Source: Octopus bimaculoides
Taxonomy: Eukaryota
Assembly: GCF_001194135.2 (NCBI RefSeq)
Contig: NC_068988.1
Location: 62,222,144 to 62,267,863, forward strand
Length of the DNA: 45,720 nt
Direction of reading: 5' to 3'
Positions 1-13,359 of the stretch are shown one piece after another (position 1 is the first letter of the stretch; each line of letters begins with the position of its first letter). A program made the translations under genes and the position numbers. The notes beneath the pieces are model-generated. The model had not been told where the DNA came from, searched no databases, and worked only from the letters and a program-made list of their open reading frames with translations.

Positions 1-687
1 TATATATACATATATATATACGCAAGACGAAGCATGAATAATGTTCAATACATATATTAGCTTTTTGATGTGTGTATGTGCACGTCTTTATGTCACTCTT
101 CATGCTCCACTACAGCTAGACAACAGTGTTTGTATGTTTACATCTTCGAAGTGTGGCGGCATGGCAAAAGGGACAAATTAAATAAATGCCAAACCTAGAA
201 ACATATAAGTCGAAGGGGCTGATTCTTTCCACTAAGTTGCTTGAAGACAGTGCCCCAGCGTTACTGAAACAACTAAATTGTAAAAGATAAAAGAAAAGAG
301 AAAAGCAAAACAGGGACATAATAGAAACGACAATCTATGGATTCAGTTACAATGATTTGGTGTTCTGCGTATAATTTCATGAGAAATATTTTAAAAGCAT
401 TAGTGATATGTACTTAAGGTAAGATTCCCATGCAGTGTTATTACATGACGTTTCTCTTTTATGTATTTACAAATACTATATTTCTCAGACAGGATTATGT
501 TGCATCTTGTTTTATCCATTAACGTATAGTGCTATTGTCTTAAGTACAGAACAGTGCATGGCACTTTGAACTCGTTGTGCACGTACTAACTACTTATCTA
601 TATTTTGATCCCCGCATATTCGATAATACTGCAGCAAGTCTCTCAGTCTCTCAGAGTGTAGAAAAAGGAAATAAGTACTTTGTTGAT

Positions 688-706
688 GGATAAGTCTAAG
701 TATATA

Positions 707-756
<50 letters not shown>

Positions 757-795
757 GTGTATATGAGTGGCTGTTCATATGTATATATATGTGTG

Positions 796-833
<38 letters not shown>

Positions 834-870
834 GAGTGTGTGTGTATGTATGTGTGTAGAAAAGTATGTG
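688..870. repeat. Compound (TA)n/(TG)n microsatellite
   Basis: Directly visible dinucleotide runs; these generate the YI/CV-repeat ORFs in the track. Confidence 0.95.
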
Positions 871-1254
871 GATATACATCCACATATATACACGTGTGCG
901 TTTCTATGTTAATGTAACCATATGTTTATGAGCATATGTATTTATCTGTGTGAATGCATGCAAGAGTGTGTGATTTGGTTAGAAACAGATTAACTCTGCT
1001 TTTTAAAAGAAGCTGACACATCTAGTTTTATTGCACAAATTTTGTGCATCATATTGCATTATGTTATTTGATATGTCTACACAAATGCACTGCATATAGT
1101 AGGATGCGTCCTAAGCGAGACCATGTCAACCCCAGTGTCACCAGCAGAGTTCTGTAGTCGGTTTAATCTGTGGATGTAATCATAGTTCTGTAATTACGCT
1201 GAAACAATTATGAAGATATGAATTTTCGAATAATGTTTGAGATAATCCTGTTTA

Positions 1255-1258
1255 CGTA

Positions 1259-1297
<39 letters not shown>

Positions 1298-1345
1298 ACA
1301 CACACATACACACATACACACACACACAAACGCATACACATGTAT
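1255..1345. repeat. (CA)n microsatellite
   Basis: Directly visible, with a few TA interruptions. Confidence 0.95.
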
Positions 1346-1854
1346 GTGTATGCGTTTGTGTGTTACAAGAATGATAGATATTAATGTTTCGAAATGAAAC
1401 AAGAGGTCAAGTCTTTTAACCACAGGTGAATTCGTGAGTATATCTTCTACTAAGCCTACAATCACAGCCTGTCCAAAATGATAAAGCACATAATTTGTGT
1501 TTATTTTTTAATATATTCTCCCATTCATATATCAATGTTTGCTGTGTTATGTAACTTTGGGACATACCAGCAGATAATTGTTATCCCGTGTTGCATTTAG
1601 TCATGTAAGTCGATTTGGCTTCCGTGTGGACTCGTTTCGGGCACGCAGTATTGACAAGTCACTAAGGTTAAGAAACCTTAATGTCGATCGTTCCTGTAAG
1701 GAGATCTGATACGGGTTATCTCACATACATTTGACTTCCAGGCGAATTCTCGTACGACTACATCGTAACCTGCCAATGCGCTGATACAATACATACCTTG
1801 TGTGTATAAGTTTGATATTATTTATATCCCTTGGGATTCTTCTCTTTGAAATTT

Positions 1855-1893
<39 letters not shown>

Positions 1894-2189
1894 TATATAT
1901 ATATTTCATTTTGCACCATTCCTTTTGAATTACCTCCTGTATATGTATACATGTTTGTATGTATATATGTATATATGTATACATATATGTATGTAGTTAT
2001 ACATATGAATGTATGTATATGTGTGGTTATATTTATATATATAATACACAACATACATACACACACATATATATGTGTGTGTGCGTGTGTGATGTCTGTG
2101 TGTATGTGCGTATGTGCGTGCACAAACTGTTCTTAAAGGAAAAAGATATAAGATATGCCAACTAAAAATAAAAGCATTTTAAAGAATAC

Positions 2190-2337
2190 AAAAATATCCT
2201 TTTCTGCTCTAGGCACAAGGACCGAAATTTTGGGGCAGGAGGACCAGTCGACTACATCGCAGTACGCGACTAGAACTTAATTTATTGATTTCGAAAGGAT
2301 GAAAGGCAAAGTCGATCCCAGCGGAATTTGAACACAA
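2190..2337 (-). mobile_element. SINE family B, 5'-truncated (central domain plus 3' part)
   Basis: Minus strand reads GTTCAAATTCCGCTGGGATCGACTTTGCCTTTCATCCTTTCGAAATCAATAAATTAAG...CCTTGTGCCTAGAG: a B-box-like GTTCAAATTCC followed by a GCCTTTCATCCTTTCG central domain of the type shared by many metazoan SINEs. Homologous to 27835-28108. Confidence 0.8.
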
Positions 2338-2389
2338 GAATACAAAAAAAAATATCAACTATATTCTTTGTGGCTGATTACATTTTACT

Positions 2390-3010
2390 CAAACTATCTG
2401 CATAAGTTTGCTGCGCGGCCTCAAGACTACTCCTAAAATTGGCGCATGCGCTTCTCACTGCGTCTCTGGAAGATCCTAGAAATCCTTCTCCATATAGGCC
2501 AGTATCTCGGCATCGGTGCTGCAGGAATAATGGTCTGTGTGCTTCTCAACTACACTCCACGCATAGTAACGTCTGACATTAGAACCCGGGGAGTTAAGAG
2601 CCTAGAATTCGGGGCTGATTTATCCGTAGTAATTCATCGACGAGCATTTTTAACTCGTTCTGAAGAAATGGTAAGATGTCGAATGCAGCTTACACATAAG
2701 TGGCCTTCCAGCAGCAACCCTCTCCGGTTAGGTTTTTGACTAAAATCTCCAGCAGTTTTTTATAGGCGTCGGAATTTAACCTGACTACTGTTCCAAATGT
2801 GGGGGTTGCTGCGGATGGCATGCGGAAGCTAACATATCGCTGTTACTCTTTCCCTTCCTACTGGCCACAACTTCGGTGTCTCCCTTGCAACTTCCAACCT
2901 TTACAATGTTCCCAGAATATTGAGCAGCAATCATGATATCTCCATTTTGATATCCAGCGAGAGACATCATTACACCGGCATCTCAGATCCAGTCCGCCAT
3001 GTCAGGTAAC
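2390..3010 (-). mobile_element. Degenerate, internally deleted Tc1/mariner (maT/DD37D-like) transposase remnant
   Basis: Minus-strand conceptual translation across frameshifts: MMSLAGYQNGDIMIAAQ..GDTEVVASRK (N-terminal-like), then PPHLEQ / LNSDAYKKLLEILV / ERVAAGRP / LNSPGSN..YYAWSVVEKH / DLP-RDAVRSACANFRSSLEA. This matches the WPPNSPDxNPxDY-type C-terminus. Multiple stops and frameshifts. Confidence 0.8.
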
Positions 3011-3178
3011 TTTTTGCCAATGGTAGCTATAATGATTATGCTCTCCAAAGCCACTGACTGTTTAAGCTATTCCCGAAAAAGAAGGAGAGAAAAGGACAGA
3101 CAAAATCATTAAATTTAATCTGGACACCATGTATATGTATACATACATTCGTACATACACACACACGCACACACCCAC

Positions 3179-3210
<32 letters not shown>

Positions 3211-3489
3211 NNNNNNNNNNNNNNNNNNNNNNNNNNNNNNNNNNNNNNNNNNNNNNNNNNNNNNNNNNNNNNNNNNNNNNNNNNNNNNNNNNNNNNNNNN
3301 NNNNNNNNNNNNNNNNNNNNNNNNNNNNNNNNNNNNNNNNNNNNNNNNNNNNNNNNNNNNNNNNNNNNNNNNNNNNNNNNNNNNNNNNNNNNNNNNNNNN
3401 NNNNNNNNNNNNNNNNNNNNNNNNNNNNNNNNNNNNNNNNNNNNNNNNNNNNNNNNNNNNNNNNNNNNNNNNNNNNNNNNNNNNNNNNN

Positions 3490-3539
<50 letters not shown>

Positions 3540-4926
3540 TGCCTATATGCATGTGCATACATACACAACACACACATACATATATATATATATGCAAATA
3601 TATGTAAGTGCATATTCGATGTGGAATATATTTAGAGTATAAATAATTCATAATCCTTCTTTAATATAGTATGTGAACTAAATGAAGAAACAATTCAATG
3701 TTTAGTTTTATTCTAGTGTAACCTCCATACATATTACATGCTTGCTATTTTGCATCCATATATTTATCTAAAATATTCTCCATATTGCAATAGACATGCC
3801 AAACTAATAAGAATTCTGTTTTTCGAATAATTAACAACATATTTTTTCCATGCTTTGTGTAACATTGCAAGAATTCTGTTCTGGCACAGGTATTTCACCA
3901 AATATTTGAATGTTGTTATTTCTTCATTTGTGTTAAATATTTGAAAAATGTACAACAAATGAAAATTAAAGGAAAACATTATAACATAATTTTTTGATAA
4001 AAGGGATAAATTAATAAACTTGTAACTATACACACCCATAAAGTTGATATTATTAAACCGTCAATCTCAATATAAAACTTTGATTAAATATTTTGATTTA
4101 TGATATCAAAGTGATTCCTTTCAAGCAAAACATTTGATTCTCCGAGAATTTCAATAATTGTGTAATGGAAATGAAAATATTGAAAAAGAAAAAGCAAATG
4201 AATTAAATAGATTTTTCTTTGTCACTCCTACTCTTAAAATATCAGAAAATATAGAACACATTGAGACATACACACCCAAACAAGCCACATATACATATGT
4301 TTGCACATCTAGATATATATATATGTATATATATATGTTTGCTTGTATAAATATACATATATATGAACACACTATGTATAAATATTTAAACTTTATTCAT
4401 ATCCATATATATGTTTACATGTATGTATTTATAATATATATGTATATATGTATGTATGTATGTTCATATGTAAACAAAATCGTTTAATATAGAGATAAAG
4501 AGGGAGAATAAATGGGAGTGATAAAGAAGGAAGAGATTGTAATTCAACTGTTAGTATATATAGAAATTCGCAGATAACGTATGTAATATTCTGTGCTCCT
4601 TTATAGCAGATAGACAGAAAGGGGAAAAAAACAATAAATGCGAAACAAATTAAAAAATACTTTCGAAATATATGACTTGAGAAGATTTAAATATATAACT
4701 TTAGAAGATTTAATATAGTAAGTGATGATTTAAATTGCCTTTGCAACCATTTGTGTAAAGTTTGTGTTATTAGAGTTACAAATGTCATATTTAATGAATA
4801 ATTCAAAAATAATATGTTCGCACACGACTTTGAAAGGATACACATAACTGCGTTTGTGAAAGTGAAAGTACACTTCATGTACACATTGAAATATAGATAT
4901 ACATGCGCATGAATGTGTATGGCATG

Positions 4927-4991
<65 letters not shown>

Positions 4992-7374
4992 NNNNNNNNN
5001 NNNNNNNNNNNNNNNNNNNNNNNNNNNNNNNNNNNNNNNNNNNNNNNNNNNNNNNNNNNNNNNNNNNNNNNNNNNNNNNNNNNNNNNNNNNNNNNNNNNN
5101 NNNNNNNNNNNNNNNNNNNNNNNNNNNNNNNNNNNNNNNNNNNNNNNNNNNNNNNNNNNNNNNNNNNNNNNNNNNNNNNNNNNNNNNNNNNNNNNNNNNN
5201 NNNNNNNNNNNNNNNNNNNNNNNNNNNNNNNNNNNNNNNNNNNNNNNNNNNNNNNNNNNNNNNNNNNNNNNNNNNNNNNNNNNNNNNNNNNNNNNNNNNN
5301 NNNNNNNNNNNNNNNNNNNNNNNNNNNNNNNNNNNNNNNNNNNNNNNNNNTTTATGTATGTATATGCAAACATACATTCAATCACAATTACGACTATATA
5401 CGTGGTTATGTGGAGGTTTGTGTAGGTGTGTGTGTGCGTAATTCTACACGCCTCGTGTACTTGCAAGTAAAATACAAGTTCCAGTTATTTAAAATACGTT
5501 TCTAAGTTCTTATTTCGTTAGTCGATAATACATTTTTCTGTATTATATAATGATACACTATTGTTTATACCGACACACTATAGTCAGGCCGCTGGATTCA
5601 CGTAAGGTCTTTTTGCTTTTAGGCTCAATATAATGCACCAGGTTCGATTTACTGGTCTAACTGATGGTCTTGAGTTTGAATTCTAAACAACTGTTAATGG
5701 CCCATTTTATAATAGTGCCTTTCTGAATTTCAATATAATTGTTTTTAATGAAGGCCAGCAAATTTTGATCGAAAAATGACTGGTCGGCACAACTGCCATT
5801 GACATTTGAGTAACAAAACCCAAAAACGTTTGACACCTGATTAAAATATATATGTCGATGTAAATGTCGAATAACATGAAATCTTACCGTTGCCAGCAAC
5901 ACGGTCTTTATCGGCAAGAATCATCGTCTTTATTTCCCTGAAATTTTGTTTGTTGCTTTTTAGCTCATTTACAACACTGTTGAGAATGTATTATTCTCGT
6001 AAATACAAAAATGAGCGCAATTCATCTGAGGTATTCCCTCGCTTTTTTACATAATTGAATCCCTGCAGAAAAAAATTCTTTCACTGGAGAAGACCATCAT
6101 ATAAAGTTTTGTCAACGTGTATTTTATTTTCTACGTGCACAATTAAAAGAAAACGAGAGGTTCTTTATAAAATGTGAATTATCTGGGGCAAGTGAGATTC
6201 AGTTCCCTAAATGTCAAGCTCGATAGCACTGTTCATAGTGGCTCGATATTTTATCTAGGAATATGTTGATATAGGTAAAATGCATGAAAACATGTGCATC
6301 AATTAGTCTGGTACAAATTATTAAATAATCATCAAACATTTCGTAGGGTTTCGTACCTAAATAGGTTTTTAAACCAGTAAAATTTATAATGTTTACGTAA
6401 AGTTATATGCACATCAAATTTTGAAAATATCGTCTGTGTATCCAGCATTCATAATTCTATCTTTTTACAAATAATCGATGTTCATTCATTCTAAGTTATT
6501 GAAGTGTATGTAATAACAACAGAATAAAAAACGCAAAATAATGAGCAAAAGTTATGTTGAAGTATAACAGTGGTTCTTTTGTAAAGCAAAATAACATGCA
6601 TTTTATTTAATTTCGAAGCTATCTTATGCCCAGAATATATCGGATGGCTGTTTTGATGCGTTTCTCAACATGAGATTGGTTTCTACAAAAATAGTGTTAA
6701 TTCTACATAAATCAGTGTGAGGCATAGGTGTTGCACATGGGTAATCTGATATTATACTTCAAACTAGTAAAAATGCATTTAAATACTGTTTTAAAATGTT
6801 TATGCATCATCACGACATACGTTAAACATTGTGAATTATATAGTAGCAGCATACAGAACCTACATATATATAGTATAGTCACATTTTACTCTCCACATAC
6901 TCGCATACACACAACCACTACATATATATGTATATTAATGGTTGCTTATATATTCAGTTATCATGAAAACAATTTTACACTAATCTGATGGGTCTGACGG
7001 TGATTCAGCTTACTGAAACTTCGAAGTCACTTTCAAAAGCATTCTAGTATATAAATAACACACATACATACATGTATATATATATNNNNNNNNNNNNNNN
7101 NNNNNNNNNNNNNNNNNNNNNNNNNNNNNNNNNNNNNNNNNNNNNNNNNNNNNNNNNNNNNNNNNNNNNNNNNNNNNNNNNNNNNNNNNNNNNNNNNNNN
7201 NNNNNNNNNNNNNNNNNNNNNNNNNNNNNNNNNNNNNNNNNNNNNNNNNNNNNNNNNNNNNNNNNNNNNNNNNNNNNNNNNNNNNNNNNNNNNNNNNNNN
7301 NNNNNNNNNNNNNNNNNNNNNNNNNNNNNNNNNNNNNNNNNNNNNNNNNNNNNNNNNNNNNNNNNNTATATATA

Positions 7375-7407
<33 letters not shown>

Positions 7408-7432
7408 ATATGTATATACACACAAGAATTAA

Positions 7433-7793
7433 GCTAATGGAGTAGATAAGATCCGGGCTACATATGTTTCATAGCAAGCGGAATCTCAGAAGTGGTAAAT
7501 ATTCAAGCGAGGTGTATACCGCAGGCTACTCTTCAGACCAAGGATATCGTGATTAAATGAAAGTTTACGTTGGTCGCAAGGCGGTACATGTTAACAAATG
7601 AAAGAGCCGATCAGAATTCAATAAGAATCACATTCTGATGGAATCTCCGATGTGTTAGCATGTACCTCCTTGCGACAATGTAAAGATATCCTGAAGATTA
7701 GTCTGCAGTATACACCTCGCTTGGATATTTACCAATTCCAAGGTTCCGCTCGCTATGGAACATATGTAGCCGGAATTTTATCTGCTCCATTCC
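7433..7793. mobile_element. Foldback / MITE-like element made almost entirely of imperfect inverted arms
   Basis: 7436-7535 is the reverse complement of ~7690-7791 (for example CTACATATGTTTCATAGCAAGCGGAA vs TTCCGCTCGCTATGGAACATATGTAG). Inner arms are 7573-7596 vs 7653-7676, and TCAGAAT/ATTCTGA closes the loop. A half-copy lies at 22198-22355. Confidence 0.75.
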
Positions 7794-9322
7794 TTGAAAT
7801 ACTGTGAAATACAAAAAGTGTTTTTTTCTTTTCGGTTTATCGTACTACGATATGGAAAAATCCACAATCTTCCGTCTCAGTAGAGCACTATTGTCCCTGA
7901 AAGTTCTTTTTATATTTAGTACGGATTGCTTGAAGCTAACTGTCTTCCCACATCTCGGTCCCTGGACAATTATTCGGTAGCCATGATGAAACTCCGAGTT
8001 TTGGATGCCAGGGCGGAAACCTACGCCGCCATCTCTTTAGCTATCTCGCCATTGAAAATTGCTATGAAAATGACTGCTAAACAATGGGAAATTTCTGTGT
8101 GGTTGACCGTTATTAAGACAAAACAGCTATTAGAATGACCGCTAAATGAAGGAAGAGTAAAGGTAAGGGAGTAAAGATCTCCATGTATGTATGTATGTTT
8201 GTGTGTGTGTGTGTATGTAAATATGTATTATTAAAACGATACTGCCTGTATACTTATCAAACATATTTATCAATTTTATTCTTTTAGCCTAGTAAATTTC
8301 CGTACAACTCATATTTTGATGTTAAGTTAATTGAACATAGACTACATAAAAGATTGCAAAGACTTCAGATATTCGATTTTTCTCTGACATTTAAGCGAGA
8401 TACATTGCTTTACATGTTTTTTTTTCTGAAGGCAATTTTTCGATATAATAAAAATAGTTAAACTAGCTTCGCGTAGCAAACGTTATGTTAGTACTTTACG
8501 ACTTCTTGTATAGAGAGAATCTTATCGAAATTTTCATATAGCTACCAACATAAACTCCTCTCTTTTTCATGGCTCCCTCTCTGGTCAAACAGATACATGT
8601 ATTGATTTTAAAATGTTACAGCAATTTCTAGGGGGAAAAAAACTATAGAGACAAGATTACTGAATTTATAAATCCATAGAGCATGACTTTTGTAGCAGAC
8701 GGTTAATTTTATTCACTGTCCTTAATAGTATCCAATATTCATTATGACTCCAAAGAAATATGCATGTGATTGTGAGTGGGTGTGTACTTCGATAGGAACT
8801 CACGTGAATGAGGGTAGCAAGATTAATTTCAAAAAACCTAGATGTACTTTATTATGCTGTCATAATTTGCATAAAATTGAAGCGAACGTATAACTTGTGT
8901 GTGCAAATCGATATAATTGGGTGCTAAGAAATAAGAAATACCGAAAAATAAATTGTGGCTATTGATATATAAAAATGGAGTAAATTTGTTTTCAAATCAG
9001 ACAGAATGTAAAAGTCTCTACGCGATACATTGTTAACGTTAAAATAAGATTGTAGTCCATCGGCATATGTGCATATGTGCATGTGACTGTGTATGTGTTT
9101 GCGCGTGTGTGCATGTGCGGGCATGTATGTGTATGTGTATGTCTATATATACCTGCATATGCATATGAAAATAACGTACCCAGTGTTCTTATTCGATTTC
9201 CTTCACTTATTCCAATAAAGTCTGTCACATACCTGCTCGTTGTGGGACCAAAATTTTACGAGATATCTCGAAGGAAATGTATTATGCACAGCCTTAATTG
9301 CTAAAATAATGTTTCACGCTTA

Positions 9323-9710
9323 TGCAATGTTGCGGGGTAAGTAGCTTGCTTACCAACCACATGGTTCTGGTTTCAGTCCCACTGCGTGCAAACTTGGGAA
9401 AGTGTCTTCTATTATAGACTCGGGCCGACCAAAGCCTTGTGTGTGGATGTGGTAGACGGAAACTGAAGGAAGCCCGTCGCATATATCTTTGTGTGGGTGT
9501 GTTTGTGTCTGTGCATGTTCGCCCAACGTCGCTTGACAACGGATGCTGGTGTATCTATGTCACCGTAACTTAGCGGTTCGGTAAAAGAGGCCGATAGAAT
9601 AAGTACTAGGCTTACAAAGAATAAGTATTCGGGTCGATCTGCTCGACTAAAGGCGGTGCTCCAGCATGGCTGCAGTCAAATGACTGAAACGAATAAAAGA
9701 ACAAAACAAA
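9323..9710 (+). mobile_element. tRNA-derived SINE family A, near full length
   Basis: Head GGTAAGTAGCTTGCTTACCAACCACATGGTTCTGGTTTCAGTCCC with B-box, body GGGCCGACCAAAGCCTTGTG...GTAACTTAGCGGTTCGG...GGCGGTGCTCCAGCATGG, and an A-rich tail. Four further copies or fragments occur in the window. Confidence 0.92.
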
Positions 9711-11158
9711 GTATATATANNNNNNNNNNNNNNNNNNNNNNNNNNNNNNNNNNNNNNNNNNNNNNNNNNNNNNNNNNNNNNNNNNNNNNNNNNNNNNNNN
9801 NNNNNNNNNNNNNNNNNNNNNNNNNNNNNNNNNNNNNNNNNNNNNNNNNNNNNNNNNNNNNNNNNNNNNNNNNNNNNNNNNNNNNNNNNNNNNNNNNNNN
9901 NNNNNNNNNNNNNNNNNNNNNNNNNNNNNNNNNNNNNNNNNNNNNNNNNNNNNNNNNNNNNNNNNNNNNNNNNNNNNNNNNNNNNNNNNNNNNNNNNNNN
10001 NNNNNNNNNNNNNNNNNNNNNNNNNNNNNNNNNNNNNNNNNNNNNNNNNNNNNNNNNNNNNNNNNNNNNNNNNNNNNNNNNNNNNNNNNNNNNNNNNNNN
10101 NNNNNNNNNNNNNNNNNNNNNNNNNNNNNNNNNNNNNNNNNNNNNNNNNNNNNNNNNNNNNNNNNNNNNNNNNNNNNNNNNNNNNNNNNNNNNNNNNNNN
10201 NNNNNNNNNNNNNNNNNNNNNNNNNNNNNNNNNNNNNNNNNNNNNNNNNNNNNNNNNNNNNNNNNNNNNNNNNNNNNNNNNNNNNNNNNNNNNNNNNNNN
10301 NNNNNNNNNNNNNNNNNNNNNNNNNNNNNNNNNNNNNNNNNNNNNNNNNNNNNNNNNNNNNNNNNNNNNNNNNNNNNNNNNNNNNNNNNNNNNNNNNNNN
10401 NNNNNNNNNNNNNNNNNNNNNNNNNNNNNNNNNNNNNNNNNNNNNNNNNNNNNNNNNNNNNNNNNNNNNNNNNNNNNNNNNNNNNNNNNNNNNNNNNNNN
10501 NNNNNNNNNNNNNNNNNNNNNNNNNNNNNNNNNNNNNNNNNNTATATATATATATATATTAACGAACACTTACGTTAAACTTTGCCTTGTATTGCAGAAG
10601 CGTAAATCTTGGAAACTACGAAAGAGATGAGCACAAAAGTATGAACTAGGAGAAAGTAATGTTATTCATCTAAACACAAACATAGAAAACGGTGTCTGTA
10701 TGGTTTACATTTGAGGCGATTACAAGGACCTCCTCGCACCGTAGAATCTTGTATGTGTCTTCTATTCCTCTCTTGATACACTTCCTGCACTACCCGTTAA
10801 AAATATACCATGTCATCCGAATTATATTAGTAAAATTAACATGTTTCCTTGGATTTATACGAACATGTTTATGTTAATACTAACATGATATCTTTTAAGT
10901 TATCTGACATCTCTGTTTTAACCCATAAAAGGGATGATGTATTGAAGGAGCAATTAGACAAATTTTCTATCTGATACAGCAGAAAAATTAACACGACGGC
11001 AAGAAACGCAAGGCTTTATTGCTGTCGGTGTCAAACATAATACTTCAAAACGAAGATGAGTAAAAATAAACGAGAATGAAATCTAATGGCGTTGCTGTAG
11101 CTTGGCACCACCCTGTAGCTGAAAGCGAAAGTAGAATTATATACATATGTCTCAGTGC

Positions 11159-11197
<39 letters not shown>

Positions 11198-11382
11198 TGA
11201 GTATGTACATGAAAACGTATAGCACGCAAACACACACATATACAGACAAACGCAAATATATATACCCGTGTGCATATTAACATATATTGAAATTTCTGCA
11301 ACTCATTACACAGATAAGTGTGTCTCTTTTATGGCAAGCAGTGTACATGTACATAATTAACTACGCGTTTCCATCGTTAAAC
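11198..11382 (+). repeat. Local duplicated segment, copy 1 (partner 14172-14341)
   Basis: Exact 20-mer TGAGTATGTACATGAAAACG and exact 37-mer CATGTACATAATTAACTACGCGTTTCCATCGTTAAAC are shared in the same order and orientation. Confidence 0.9.
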
Positions 11383-11530
11383 CTTGTAATATATAATCTA
11401 TGAACATGGAGAGTGACATAGTCGCATATCTTAAAGGCCATGTAGGCATTCTCACAAATACAATTTACTTCATTACACATGTATGGACGTACCTTTTAGG
11501 AAACTTAAAGCAATTAATTAAGTGTACATA

Positions 11531-11568
<38 letters not shown>

Positions 11569-11569
11569 C

Positions 11570-11646
<77 letters not shown>

Positions 11647-11940
11647 NNNNNNNNNNNNNNNNNNNNNNNNNNNNNNNNNNNNNNNNNNNNNNNNNNNNNN
11701 NNNNNNNNNNNNNNNNNNNNNNNNNNNNNNNNNNNNNNNNNNNNNNNNNNNNNNNNNNNNNNNNNNNNNNNNNNNNNNNNNNNNNNNNNNNNNNNNNNNN
11801 NNNNNNNNNNNNNNNNNNNNNNNNNNNNNNNNNNNNNNNNNNNNNNNNNNNNNNNNNNNNNNNNNNNNNNNNNNNNNNNNNNNNNNNNNNNNNNNNNNNN
11901 NNNNNNNNNNNNNNNNNNNNNNNNNNNNNNNNNNNNNNNN

Positions 11941-11993
<53 letters not shown>

Positions 11994-13320
11994 CACACAC
12001 ACACACGCACACACACACGCATCTATTTGTGTGTATATATATATACATATGTGTGTGTGTGTGTAATTATGTGTATACAAGTATGTGTATACTGCAGATT
12101 TTATTGAAAGCACGCCACAATTCCACGAATCTAACCTTGTCAATTAACAGGCTGAAGAAGACAATTCCATTCAGGACTTTAGGAATCTTCAAATCCCAAA
12201 TATATAAAGAATGTCCATTGAATGAAGTAAATAGATAAATTAGACGTTTCTTTTCCGGCGTTTAGATTGGTTGCGAAGTAAATGAGACTTACGTTTCACT
12301 GGATTATAAATAATGCATGGTTGTTCATAAAAAGAAATCTCCAAGAGGATTACAAGTTCTCCTCCTCATGAACAGACGTTTTGATTGGATTCCCTTTGAT
12401 ATTATACACAAGATTAACTTATGTGATTGCAATTTATAAAAGAGTGTGCTAGTATGAATTGATGTCCTACTTTTTTTTTAATCATGCGTTGACATTGGTT
12501 TTAGTGTGGCTATAGTCAGTTGCGCAGACTGTCTGGCTAATTTGCCTGCATAATACCGTGAACGACAGGAGATTTTTTTCTCACTAATTCTACTTCGCTC
12601 TCTCTCCCTCTCTCTCTCTCTCCCTTATTCTCTCTCTCCCTTATTCTCTCTCTCCCTTAATCTCTCTCTCTCTCTCTCTCTGTCTGTCTCTCTCTCTCTC
12701 TGTCTGTCTCTCTCTCTCTCTCTCTGTATGTATATATGTATGTCTGAAACTTTAGAGAACGAAATTCGATTTCTAGAAGTGTAGACTGCAGCCAATTCTA
12801 GTATCTCGGGATGCAATATATGTGCATGTGTGTGTGTGTGTGTGTGTGAATGTGTATATGCATGTATGTATCATGTATGTACGTATATATAATTAGATAG
12901 GTATAGGTTTTAGCAGATTTGTAATTATAAAATAATATAAAGTACTGTATACATATATTTTATAAGCATATATATANNNNNNNNNNNNNNNNNNNNNNNN
13001 NNNNNNNNNNNNNNNNNNNNNNNNNNNNNNNNNNNNNNNNNNNNNNNNNNNNNNNNNNNNNNNNNNNNNNNNNNNNNNNNNNNNNNNNNNNNNNNNNNNN
13101 NNNNNNNNNNNNNNNNNNNNNNNNNNNNNNNNNNNNNNNNNNNNNNNNNNNNNNNNNNNNNNNNNNNNNNNNNNNNNNNNNNNNNNNNNNNNNNNNNNNN
13201 NNNNNNNNNNNNNNNNNNNNNNNNNNNNNNNNNNNNNNNNNNNNNNNNNNNNNNNNNNNNNNNNNNNNNNNNNNNNNNNNNNNNNNNNNNNNNNNNNNNN
13301 NNNNNNNNNNNNNNNNNNNN

Positions 13321-13359
<39 letters not shown>

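Noticed and set aside
116-319. Minus-strand ORF with a good acceptor (tttcag) reading NAGALSSSNLVERISPFDLYVS
   Set aside because: No convincing donor and no recognisable homology; cannot be distinguished from chance.
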